Shown piece after piece: positions 29,581 through 38,719 of a DNA stretch of 64,000 bases (position 1 is its first letter; every line of letters starts with the position of its first letter). Source of the DNA: an uncultured Collinsella sp. Lineage in GTDB: Bacteria; Actinomycetota; Coriobacteriia; Coriobacteriales; Coriobacteriaceae. The notes beneath the pieces were generated by a model. The model saw nothing but the letters and a program-made list of their open reading frames with translations. It had not been told where the DNA came from and ran no database searches. The position numbers were made by a program, and so were the translations under genes. The stretch is from contig CABUPE010000002.1 of the NCBI GenBank assembly GCA_902493515.1, positions 36,073-100,072 of the forward strand, given 5' to 3'.

Positions 29581-30345
29581 TTACTGATAATCGACGACGT
29601 CGATCCAGTTCTTCAGGAACTCATCGTTCACGTTGCGCTTACGAGCGAGCTCGGAAGCGGCGACGATGCTCGTCCACTGACGCACGACCTGCATGGGCAT
29701 GTCGGCGCGGTCGCAGTAGAGCTCCAGGTAGGCCTCAGCCTGATCCTTGCTGTTGAGGGCGAAGAGCAGGTAGGTGGTGGCAACGTCGGCAGCAGGGGAG
29801 CCCTGGGTGGCGTGTGCCCAGTCGCACACATAGAGCTGGCCGTCGTCACCGACGATGACGTTGGAGGGGTTGAAGTCGCCGTGGCAGACCTTGAACTCCT
29901 TGGTCATGCCGTCCAGACGCTCCTGAAGGTTGTAGCGCGTGGTGGCATTGAGCTGATCAAGGCTGTCGATCATGCGGGCGAACTTGTCGCGCTGACGGTT
30001 GAGCAGCGGGGAGGTGTAGCCGTGGATCTCGATCTGGAGGTCGACGAACATCTCGAGGTACTCACCAAAGCGCTGGGGCTCGGCAGTCATCTTCTCGGCA
30101 AGGGTGGTGCCCGGAACCTTCTCGGTCACGAGCGCCCAGCCGTTGGCGTTCTCGAGCTGGGAAACCTCGAGAGCCTTGGGGCTGCGGATGCCGCACTCAT
30201 TGATGCGGGCAAGATTCAAAGCCTCGTTGAACACGTCGGAGACAGGCTTGGTCTCGTTAAAGACCTTGACGATCTTGTCGCCCAGGTCGTAAACGACCTT
30301 GTTGCCACGGCGGACGAGCTCGGTCTTGGAATCGGGTAGCAGCAT
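29581..30345 (-). CDS. APH/choline-kinase-like phosphotransferase of unknown substrate
   Basis: IVKVF lysine, CHGDFNPSNVI catalytic loop, CDW metal site. Confidence 0.8.
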   Translation of the reverse strand: MLLPDSKTELVRRGNKVVYDLGDKIVKVFNETKPVSDVFNEALNLARINECGIRSPKALEVSQLENANGWALVTEKVPGTTLAEKMTAEPQRFGEYLEMFVDLQIEIHGYTSPLLNRQRDKFARMIDSLDQLNATTRYNLQERLDGMTKEFKVCHGDFNPSNVIVGDDGQLYVCDWAHATQGSPAADVATTYLLFALNSKDQAEAYLELYCDRADMPMQVVRQWTSIVAASELARKRNVNDEFLKNWIDVVDYQ

Positions 30346-30434
30346 GGTTGCATCCTTTCAACGATGCGATAGAAGCGACGGCGGGGGTGTGTGAAACACC
30401 CGTGCACCCCCGCCGCAAAAAACCGTGCTAAAAA

Positions 30435-33083
30435 CTAGCAGACGGCGTAGTCCTGGGGCTCGCGGCCGTAGTAGGCGTCCAGGTAGAGCTCCTTGATCTC
30501 GCTCATGAGCGGGTAGCGCGGGTTGGCGCCGGTGCACTGGTCGTTGAATGCCTGCTCGGTCATCTCGTCGAGGGTGTCGAGGAAGTACTGCTCGTCAACA
30601 CCGTAGTCGGCGATGGTCTTCTTGACACCGATGAAGTCGTTGAGCTCCTCGAGCTTCGTGATGAAGTTCTCGAAGACCTCCTTGTCGTCCTTGCCCTCGA
30701 TGCCGCAGTACTTGGCCATCTCGGCGTAGTTGTGCAGCGCGTTGGGGTAAGGATACTGGGAGAAGGTACCCATCTTGACGGGAGCCTCGGCGGCGTTGTA
30801 GCGCATGACGCGGGTCAGGATGACGGCGTTAGCGATGCCGTGGGGCAGGTGATGGAAAGCGCCGAGCTTGTGAGCCATGGAGTGGTTGAGGCCCAGGAAG
30901 GCGTTGGCGAAGGCCATACCGGCCATGCAGGAGGCGTTGTGCATCTCCTCGCGGGCGTGCGGGTCCTTGGCGCCGTTCGTGAAGCTGGAGGGCAGGTTCT
31001 CAAAGACGAGCTTGGCAGCGCGCTCGGAGAGGCCCTTGGTGTAGTCGGAAGCCATGATGGAGACGTAGGACTCGATGGCGTGGGTCATGACGTCGATGCC
31101 GGAGGCAGCGGTCAGGCCGCGCGGGGCGGTCATGCAGTTGTCGGCGTCGACGATAGCCATGTTGGGGAGCAGCGCGTAGTCGGCGAGCGGCCACTTGATG
31201 CCGGTCTCCTTGTCGGTGATGATGGCGAACGGCGTGCACTCGGAGCCGGTACCCGAAGAGGTCGGGACGGCGACGAAGTAGGCCTTCTTGCCCATCTCGG
31301 GGAAGGTGAAGATACGCTTGCGGATGTCCATGAAGTCCATGGCCATGTCCTCAAACTTGCACTCGGGGTGCTCGTACATCATCCACATGATCTTGCCGGC
31401 GTCCATAGCGGAGCCACCGCCGACGGCGATGATGACGTCCGGCTCAAAGAGAGCCATCTGCTTGGCGCCGCGACGTGCGCACTGCAGCGACGGATCGGGC
31501 TCGACGTCGTAGAAGCAGTCGTGGGCGATGCCCATCTCGTCGAGCTTGGCCTCGATGGCGCGGGTGTTGCCATTCTTGAAGAGGAACTGGTCGGTGACGA
31601 TGAAGGCGCGCTTCTTGCCCATGACGTTGCCAAGCTCGTCGAGGGCGACGGGCGTGGAACCCTTCTTGAAGTAGACCTTCTCGGGAGCGCGGAACCAAAG
31701 CATGTTCTCACGGCGCTCGGCCACAGTCTTAACGTTGATCAAGTGCTTCACCCCAACGTTCTCGGAGACGGAGTTGCCGCCCCAGGAGCCGCAGCCCAGG
31801 GTCAGAGACGGCTTCATGCCAAAGTTGTACAGGTCACCGATGCCGCCGTGCGAGGACGGGGTGTTGATGACGATACGGCAGGCCTTCATGACGTGCTCGA
31901 ACAGGCTGATCTTCTCGGCCTGGGCGGGGTGCACGTACAGAGAGGCGGTGTGGCCCGGGCCACCGGCGAGCACCAGGTGCTCGGCCTTGTCGACGGCCTC
32001 CTGGAAGTCCTTGGCGTGGTACATGGCCAGGACCGGGGAGAGCTTCTCGTGGGAGAACTCCTCCTTGGCGGGGTCGGTGGAGGTGACCTCGGCGATCAGG
32101 ATCTTAGTCTTGGCGGGAACCTCGATGCCGGCGATCTCGGCGATCTTGGCGGCAGCCATGCCGGGGATGCGGTGATCGAGGGCGCCGTTCTTGAACATGG
32201 CGGCACGCAGGGCCTCCATCTCGGCACCCTGCTTGACGAAGTAGCAGCCGCGCTTCTGGAACTCGGCCTTAACCTGGTCATAGATGGTGTCGATGACGGT
32301 CACGGACTGCTCGGAAGCGCAGATCATGCCGTTGTCGAAGGTCTTGGAGTGGATGATGGAGTTGACGGCGAGCAGCACGTCGGCGGTGTCGTCGATGACG
32401 ACCGGGGTGTTACCGGCGCCAACGCCCAGGGCGGGCTTGCCCGAGGAGTAAGCGGCCTTGACCATGCCCGGGCCACCGGTGGCGAGGATGATGTCGACGT
32501 CGCGCATGACCATGTTGGTCAGCTCGATGGAGGGGACATCGACCCAGCCGATGATGCCCTCGGGGGCGCCGGCCTTGACGGCGGCGTCAAGCACGAGCTT
32601 GGCGGCGGCGATGGTGCACTTGGCGGCAGCCGGGTGCGGGGAGATGATGATGGCGTTGCGGGTCTTCAGACTGATCAGAGTCTTGAAGATCGCGGTGGAA
32701 GTGGGGTTGGTTGTCGGGATGACGGCGCCCACGATGCCGATGGGCTCGGCGATCTTGGTGATGCCGTAAGCCTCGTCGCGCTCCAGGACACCACAGGTCT
32801 TGGTGTTCTTGTAAGCGTTGTAGATGTACTCTGCGGCGTAGTGGTTCTTGATGACCTTGTCCTCAAGAACGCCGCGGCCGGTCTCCTCGATGGCCATCTT
32901 CGCCAACGGGATACGAGCCTTGTTGGCGGCCATGGCGGCCTCATAGAAGATCTTGTCGACCTGCTCCTGCGTGTACGTAGCAAAAAGCGCCTGGGCCTCT
33001 CGCATCTGAGCGAGCTTAGCCTCAAGCGCCTCTACGTTGTCCACAATTGCGGGAGTAGTGTTTTCCGGTGACTTTTTCACCAT
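30435..33083 (-). CDS. adhE: Bifunctional acetaldehyde-CoA/alcohol dehydrogenase
   Basis: PTTNPTST, ATGGPGMV, FDNGMICASEQ, EKLSP, GCGSWG linker, GGGSAMD, HSMAHK, HG. Confidence 0.97.
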   Translation of the reverse strand: MVKKSPENTTPAIVDNVEALEAKLAQMREAQALFATYTQEQVDKIFYEAAMAANKARIPLAKMAIEETGRGVLEDKVIKNHYAAEYIYNAYKNTKTCGVLERDEAYGITKIAEPIGIVGAVIPTTNPTSTAIFKTLISLKTRNAIIISPHPAAAKCTIAAAKLVLDAAVKAGAPEGIIGWVDVPSIELTNMVMRDVDIILATGGPGMVKAAYSSGKPALGVGAGNTPVVIDDTADVLLAVNSIIHSKTFDNGMICASEQSVTVIDTIYDQVKAEFQKRGCYFVKQGAEMEALRAAMFKNGALDHRIPGMAAAKIAEIAGIEVPAKTKILIAEVTSTDPAKEEFSHEKLSPVLAMYHAKDFQEAVDKAEHLVLAGGPGHTASLYVHPAQAEKISLFEHVMKACRIVINTPSSHGGIGDLYNFGMKPSLTLGCGSWGGNSVSENVGVKHLINVKTVAERRENMLWFRAPEKVYFKKGSTPVALDELGNVMGKKRAFIVTDQFLFKNGNTRAIEAKLDEMGIAHDCFYDVEPDPSLQCARRGAKQMALFEPDVIIAVGGGSAMDAGKIMWMMYEHPECKFEDMAMDFMDIRKRIFTFPEMGKKAYFVAVPTSSGTGSECTPFAIITDKETGIKWPLADYALLPNMAIVDADNCMTAPRGLTAASGIDVMTHAIESYVSIMASDYTKGLSERAAKLVFENLPSSFTNGAKDPHAREEMHNASCMAGMAFANAFLGLNHSMAHKLGAFHHLPHGIANAVILTRVMRYNAAEAPVKMGTFSQYPYPNALHNYAEMAKYCGIEGKDDKEVFENFITKLEELNDFIGVKKTIADYGVDEQYFLDTLDEMTEQAFNDQCTGANPRYPLMSEIKELYLDAYYGREPQDYAVC

Positions 33084-33123
33084 TTGTGTCTCCTTGCGAT
33101 CGGAGATTTACCCTACGCCTTGC

Positions 33124-33205
33124 ATGATAGCAAGAAATTATTCGGCGAACGGTAAGATTCCTCTAAAAGGCACACTAAAACGCTTCAATAAAATGAAGCG
33201 TTTTA
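33124..33205 (-). promoter_or_regulatory. adhE extended -10 promoter and upstream inverted operator pair
   Basis: Minus strand TGcTATCAT (33132-33124); perfect 12-bp inverted repeat TAAAACGCTTCA-N6-TGAAGCGTTTTA (33176-33205). Confidence 0.6.
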
Positions 33206-33236
33206 ACTAAAACTATTTGCCTGCTCTTCCGCCCCG

Positions 33237-33287
33237 CTCGTTGGGGACAGGCTTACATGAGTGCTTTCACTCATTTGGGACAGACAT
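33237..33287 (+). repeat. Left REP-like repeat
   Basis: CTCGTTGGGGACAGGCTTACATGAGTGCTTTCACTCATTTGGGACAGACAT; two GGGACAG units around hairpin ATGAGTG-CTTT-CACTCAT. Confidence 0.85.
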
Positions 33288-33415
33288 CGTTTTGCCATTT
33301 TGCCGTTCTGGGGCTGTTATTGCCGCTTATTGGATATAAATAGGTTGCAGGCTCAGCATTTCGCGTTGCTTCTCTCCTTTTAGGTGTTGCCTGAACAGTT
33401 TTGAAAGGAGAGATT

Positions 33416-34192
33416 ATGCCCCGATGCGCCCGCCCCGTTTCGATCACTGGCTATTACCACGTCTTTGACCGCGGCAACTCCAAACAGATTATTTTTGAAG
33501 ATGACTCCGACCGTTATCGTTTCTTATCGGATATCTCGGACAGGTTTGCGCGCCATGAAGTGGCGGTGTTGGCTTGGTGCCTTATGGACAATCACTTCCA
33601 TTTGATGGTTGATGACCCATTTGACAACCTTTCAAAGGCAATGCAGTGCGCGCTGACGGCATATGCCAAGTATTTCAATGGAAAAACGGGGAGAACGGGA
33701 CATCTGTTTGACAATCGCTATTCGCGGGTCGCGGTTGAGTCGGACGCGCAGGCGGTGCAGCTGCTCGACTATATTCATCTCAATCCCGTGAAGGGTGCGC
33801 TTGACTCGCTCGATGCGTACCGCTGGTCAAGCTATAAGGCGTATCAGCTGGGCTATGATCCCTTTGACATCTGTGATGCGGTCCCTATGCTCGATATTGT
33901 CGGTGGCTCTCGTTGCTATTGCGAGCATCTCGAGGAAGTTGCCGGGCGCATCTGGTCAATGGAGGTTCTTCCACGCCGGCGGATCCCCGATGAGGAGGCC
34001 CTTTCCGTTGCGCGCGAAGTTCTGCCGAGCATAGATCCTGCACTGCTCAAAGCCCTGCCACGCCCCGAACGCGATGCGTGTCTGCTGAGGCTTAGGCGGG
34101 CGCATCTCACGGTCAAGCAAATTGCCCGTATCACCGGCATCGGCGCTACAAGCGTGACCAAGGCAACTGCAGGCTGGAAGGATGCTGCGTGA
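33416..34192 (+). CDS. REP-associated tyrosine transposase-like protein (Y1_Tnp) with C-terminal HTH
   Basis: YYHVFDRGN, MDNHFHL (HUH), GHLFDNRY, YIHLNPVK (catalytic Tyr), YRWSSY; C-terminal LTVKQIARITGIG. Confidence 0.88.
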   Translation: MPRCARPVSITGYYHVFDRGNSKQIIFEDDSDRYRFLSDISDRFARHEVAVLAWCLMDNHFHLMVDDPFDNLSKAMQCALTAYAKYFNGKTGRTGHLFDNRYSRVAVESDAQAVQLLDYIHLNPVKGALDSLDAYRWSSYKAYQLGYDPFDICDAVPMLDIVGGSRCYCEHLEEVAGRIWSMEVLPRRRIPDEEALSVAREVLPSIDPALLKALPRPERDACLLRLRRAHLTVKQIARITGIGATSVTKATAGWKDAA

Positions 34193-34233
34193 GGCAGGGG
34201 CCGGAGCCAGTCAGTGCGTCGCATGCGTGCTTC

Positions 34234-34284
34234 ATGTCTGTCCCCAATGCGTGAAAGCACTCATGTAAGTCTGTCCTCAATGAG
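34234..34284 (-). repeat. Right REP-like repeat (inverted copy)
   Basis: ATGTCTGTCCCCAATGCGTGAAAGCACTCATGTAAGTCTGTCCTCAATGAG, reverse complement of the left repeat with 5 mismatches. Confidence 0.85.
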
Positions 34285-34287
34285 TGC

Positions 34288-34320
34288 AAAAAGGAACCCT
34301 CCGTAGGGGAGGGCTCCTTT
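34288..34320. terminator. Bidirectional terminator (rpmB / transposase)
   Basis: AAAAAGGAACCCTCC-GTAGG-GGAGGGCTCCTTT. Confidence 0.75.
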
Positions 34321-34388
34321 GGTAAGTTCTATGTGAACGCGAGGTCTTTGACCCGGAGAGTCCGAGGTACTTGTTGGTAAGACCTTAT

Positions 34389-34577
34389 TTAGGAGCGCGC
34401 AACCTTGCCGGACTTGAGGCAGGTGGAGCAAACGTTCATCTTGCGACGGTGACCATCGACGACGACGTAGACGCGCTGGATGTTGGGGCGGAACTTACGG
34501 TTGGTGACGCGGTGAGAGTGGCTGATGGAGCGACCGGCAACGGGGTGCTTACCGCAAACTTCGCAAACTTTGGACAT
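34389..34577 (-). CDS. rpmB: 50S ribosomal protein L28 (Cys-containing form)
   Basis: MSKVCEVCGK...SHSHRVTNRKFRPNIQ...VCSTCLKSGK. Confidence 0.97.
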   Translation of the reverse strand: MSKVCEVCGKHPVAGRSISHSHRVTNRKFRPNIQRVYVVVDGHRRKMNVCSTCLKSGKVARS

Positions 34578-34868
34578 AACTGACCCTCCTTGGGCGACAA
34601 ACGAACATGTCGCGTTAACAAACAAGCCTGAACTATAGCACAGAAGCAGCTCCCTGTGCGTAATCTACACAGAGATATTCCTCTTTTGGCGATAGTGCCC
34701 ACGCTACGGCCCTGGACGTAGATCCGATTTGCGTGCAGCAGAGGGGATTATGCCAGCTCGTGCGTGCGTTTTCAAGCTCGTCCCACAAATATATATAGGT
34801 TTATTGGGCTTTGGGCTCCGTTTACGGATTGCTCTGTATTTATGCTCGCAATTAAGCTCGAGGTTGGC

Positions 34869-34990
34869 TACACTATCCCTTGACCATTAAAGGGGTACGA
34901 GATACCCACATGGAATTACATAGCTGCCAAAGAGCAGCCCTTCCTGTGGGTGTCTGGTCCGCTTTAAGCGGTCGGGCATCTATTTTTTTG
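34869..34990 (+). promoter_or_regulatory. pyr promoter (-10 TACACT) and PyrR-type transcription attenuator
   Basis: Binding-loop hairpin 34884-34913; antiterminator 34901-34915/34941-34954; terminator 34949-34980 with U7. Confidence 0.8.
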
Positions 34991-35016
34991 ACTGTGTCAG
35001 CAGTCAAGACATGTGA

Positions 35017-35613
<597 letters not shown>

Positions 35614-35617
35614 TACC

Positions 35618-36562
35618 GTGGCGTTCAACCATAAGCACCTGATCGACATTACCGAGTACTCCGAAGAGGACATCAAGCTCATCCTCGAGACCGCCAAGGC
35701 GTTCTCCGAGGTCAACGAGCGTGCCATCAAGAAGGTCCCCACGCTCAAGGGCAAGACCATCGTCAACATGTTCAACGAGCCCTCGACGCGCACCCGCAGC
35801 TCCTTCGAGCTCGCCGAGAAGCGTCTTTCGGCCGACAGCCTCAACTTTGGCGGCTCCTCGACCTCCACGGTCAAGGGCGAGAGCCTCGTCGACACCGTCG
35901 AGACCCTCAACGCCTATAAGATCGACTGCATCGTCGTGCGTGATAAGCACGCCGGCGCTCCCTACATCGTCACGCAGAACTCGCCCGCGAGCGTCATCTG
36001 CGCCGGTGACGGCAAGCACAACCATCCCACGCAGGCCCTGCTCGACCTGTACACCATCTGGGAGCACAAGGGTGACTTCCACGGTCTGAAGGTCGCTGTC
36101 GTCGGCGATATCGCGCACTCCCGCGTCTGCGGCTCGCTGATCCCCGCCCTTAAGATCATGGGCTGCGAGACCTACGCCGTCGCCCCCGGCACGCTGCTGC
36201 CGCCGGCGCCCGAGGTTCTGGGCTGCGACCACGTGACGAGCGACCTCGATTCCGTCCTGCCCGAGCTGGACGTCGTCTACATGCTGCGCGTGCAGCAGGA
36301 GCGCCTCGAGGGTGCCCCGTTCCCGACCATTCGTGAGTACCACAGGCTCTTCGGCCTGACCAAGGACCGCGAGAAGCTCATGAAGCCCGATGCGATCATC
36401 TGCCACCCGGGTCCCATCAACCGCGGCGTCGAGTTCGATTCCTATATGGCCGACCACCCGCAACGCTCCGTCATCCTGGAGCAGGTCTACGCCGGTATCT
36501 GCGTGCGTATGGCTATCCTGTATCTGCTGCTTGGAGGTGCCGATAATGGCCTTGCTTCTTAA
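35618..36562 (+). CDS. pyrB: Aspartate carbamoyltransferase
   Basis: EPSTRTRSSF, HPTQALLD, GDIAHSRV, RVQQER, HPGPINRGVE. Confidence 0.96.
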   Translation: MAFNHKHLIDITEYSEEDIKLILETAKAFSEVNERAIKKVPTLKGKTIVNMFNEPSTRTRSSFELAEKRLSADSLNFGGSSTSTVKGESLVDTVETLNAYKIDCIVVRDKHAGAPYIVTQNSPASVICAGDGKHNHPTQALLDLYTIWEHKGDFHGLKVAVVGDIAHSRVCGSLIPALKIMGCETYAVAPGTLLPPAPEVLGCDHVTSDLDSVLPELDVVYMLRVQQERLEGAPFPTIREYHRLFGLTKDREKLMKPDAIICHPGPINRGVEFDSYMADHPQRSVILEQVYAGICVRMAILYLLLGGADNGLAS

Positions 36563-37835
36563 GAATGCCCACGTCGTCGACCCGTCCGTCGAGCTTGACG
36601 GTGTCGTTGACGTCCTGATTGACGGCGACAAGATCGCCGAGGTCGGCGAGAATCTCGCCGTCGAGGGAGCCGAGGTCCGCGACCTTTCCGGCAAGTACCT
36701 CGTCCCCGGCCTGGTGGATATGCACGTTCACCTTCGCGAGCCCGGCTACGAGGTCAAAGAGGACATCGAGAGCGGTACCCGCGCAGCTGCCAAGGGCGGC
36801 TTTACCGGCGTGTGCTCCATGCCCAACACCGATCCCGTCACCGATAACGGTACCGTCGTGGAGTTCGTAAAGTCCCGTGCTGCCGAGGTCGGTCACTGCC
36901 GCGTCTATCCGTCGGGCGCCATGACCCGCGGTCTTAAGGGCGAGGCCATGTCCGAGATGGGCGATATGGTCGCCCACGGCGCCGTCGCCTTCACCGACGA
37001 CGGTCGCGGCGTGCAGGGCGCGGGCATGCTCCGTCGTTGCATGGACTACGGCAAGATGTTCGGCAAGGTCTTTATGAGCCACTGCCAGGACGAGGACTTG
37101 GTCGGCCACGGCCAGATCAACGAGGGCAAGGTCTCGACCCGTCTGGCCCTCGAGGGCTGGCCGGCTGCCGGCGAGGAGCTCCAGATCGCCCGCGACATCG
37201 AGATCGCCAAGCTGACCGGTGCCAAGCTGCACATCCAGCACATCTCCACCGCCCATGGCCTGGAGATCGTGCGTGCCGGTAAGGCCGCTGGCGTTCAGGT
37301 TACCTGCGAGGCCACCCCGCATCACATGTTCCTGACCGAGAACGACCTGGACGAGACCTACAACACCTCGCTCAAGGTCAATCCGCCGCTGCGCACCGAC
37401 GAGGACGCCGAGGCCATCCGTCAGGGCGTCATCGACGGCACCGTCGACGTTATCGTCACCGATCACGCTCCCCACACCCCGTGGGAGAAGGCCCGCGAGT
37501 TCGAGCTTGCGCCCTTTGGCATGATCGGTCTCGAGACCTCGCTGTCGCTCGTGCTCACCGAGCTGGTCAACACGGGCAAGATGAGCATGGGCCGTATGGT
37601 CGAGCTCATGGCCATCAAGCCGCGTGAGATCCTGGGCCTCGACCAGGTTCAGGTCAAGGCGGGATCCGTTGCCGACCTGACCGTGTTCGACCCCTCCGCA
37701 ACCTGGACGGTTGGCGAGGACGGTTACGAGTCGCGCGCCGAGAACTCCGGTTTTGCCGGCCGCACGCTCACCGGTCGTGCCACCGATGTATTTGTCGGCG
37801 GTAAACAGACGCTTGCCGACGGCTGCATCTGCTAG
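36546..37835 (+). CDS. pyrC: Dihydroorotase
   Basis: DMHVHLREPG, MPNT, KVNPPLR, TDHAPH. Confidence 0.95.
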   Translation: MALLLKNAHVVDPSVELDGVVDVLIDGDKIAEVGENLAVEGAEVRDLSGKYLVPGLVDMHVHLREPGYEVKEDIESGTRAAAKGGFTGVCSMPNTDPVTDNGTVVEFVKSRAAEVGHCRVYPSGAMTRGLKGEAMSEMGDMVAHGAVAFTDDGRGVQGAGMLRRCMDYGKMFGKVFMSHCQDEDLVGHGQINEGKVSTRLALEGWPAAGEELQIARDIEIAKLTGAKLHIQHISTAHGLEIVRAGKAAGVQVTCEATPHHMFLTENDLDETYNTSLKVNPPLRTDEDAEAIRQGVIDGTVDVIVTDHAPHTPWEKAREFELAPFGMIGLETSLSLVLTELVNTGKMSMGRMVELMAIKPREILGLDQVQVKAGSVADLTVFDPSATWTVGEDGYESRAENSGFAGRTLTGRATDVFVGGKQTLADGCIC

Positions 37836-37927
37836 CATAGCCTTATCGCTTTTGTGCGCGGCGCCCTTGCGGTGCCGCGCTTTCTATTCGTTTGGACCAT
37901 GCAACCGCATGGGGGATTGGAGCGTTT

Positions 37928-38719
37928 ATGCCCACACCTTCCACTGCACGCATGCACGACTTCGAGGTCGTCTCGAACCGGGAGATTGCCGACGGCGTCT
38001 TCTCGCTCGTCATCTCGGCCCCCAAGCTTGCAAGTGCGCTCAAGCCCGGTCAGTTTGTGAACATCGCCGTACCCGGTGATGCGTCCTCGCTGCTTCGCGT
38101 GCCCCTGAGCTACTACCGCGCCGACGCCGAGGCCGGTACCGTCGAGCTGTGGTACGCCGTCGTGGGCGACGATACCCGTCGTTTGTCTCAGATGGGCCCT
38201 GGCTCCACCTCTAACCTGCTGGGCCCCGGTGGTCGTGGTTGGATGGTACCCGAGGGCACCAGGAAGGCGCTGCTCGTGGCGGGCGGCATCGGCGTTCCGC
38301 CCGTGCTGTGCCTCGCCGGCATGCTTTCCGAGCAGGGTGTGGCCGTCGACGTGTGCCTGGGCTTTGGCACCGCGTCCAAGGCCGTGGGCATCAATGAGTT
38401 CCGCGCTCTGTGCGACACGGTCAACGTTTGCACTGACGACGGTTCGCTCGGCACGCACGGTTTTTGCACCGATCCTGCCGCCGAGCTGCTCGGCGAGGGC
38501 GGCTACGACTATGTCGCCAGCTGCGGTCCCGCCGTCATGATGAAGAAGGTCGCCGCCGCTGCCGCCGAGGCCGGTGCCTACTGCGAGGTGTCGCTCGAGC
38601 GCATGATGAGCTGTGGCTTTGGCGCCTGCAACACCTGCAATGTCGAGACGGTCGACGGTATGAAGGGTGCTTGCATGTGCGGCCCCGTGTTCGATGCTTC
38701 CAAGGTGGTGGTCTTCTAG
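37928..38719 (+). CDS. pyrK: Dihydroorotate dehydrogenase electron transfer subunit
   Basis: PGQFV, GGIGVPP, CGP, MSCGFGACNTC...C...GPVF [2Fe-2S] motif. Confidence 0.93.
   Translation: MPTPSTARMHDFEVVSNREIADGVFSLVISAPKLASALKPGQFVNIAVPGDASSLLRVPLSYYRADAEAGTVELWYAVVGDDTRRLSQMGPGSTSNLLGPGGRGWMVPEGTRKALLVAGGIGVPPVLCLAGMLSEQGVAVDVCLGFGTASKAVGINEFRALCDTVNVCTDDGSLGTHGFCTDPAAELLGEGGYDYVASCGPAVMMKKVAAAAAEAGAYCEVSLERMMSCGFGACNTCNVETVDGMKGACMCGPVFDASKVVVF

Larger units (their letters stand above)
33237..34284 (+). mobile_element. RAYT-like element: Y1 HUH transposase gene between REP-like inverted repeats
   Basis: 51-bp inverted repeats (46/51 identical) bracket the ORF; no target-site duplication seen. 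Confidence 0.75.

Noticed and set aside
29581..30345. Aminoglycoside resistance gene
   Set aside because: Only fold-level similarity; host-like codon usage and a fermentation context
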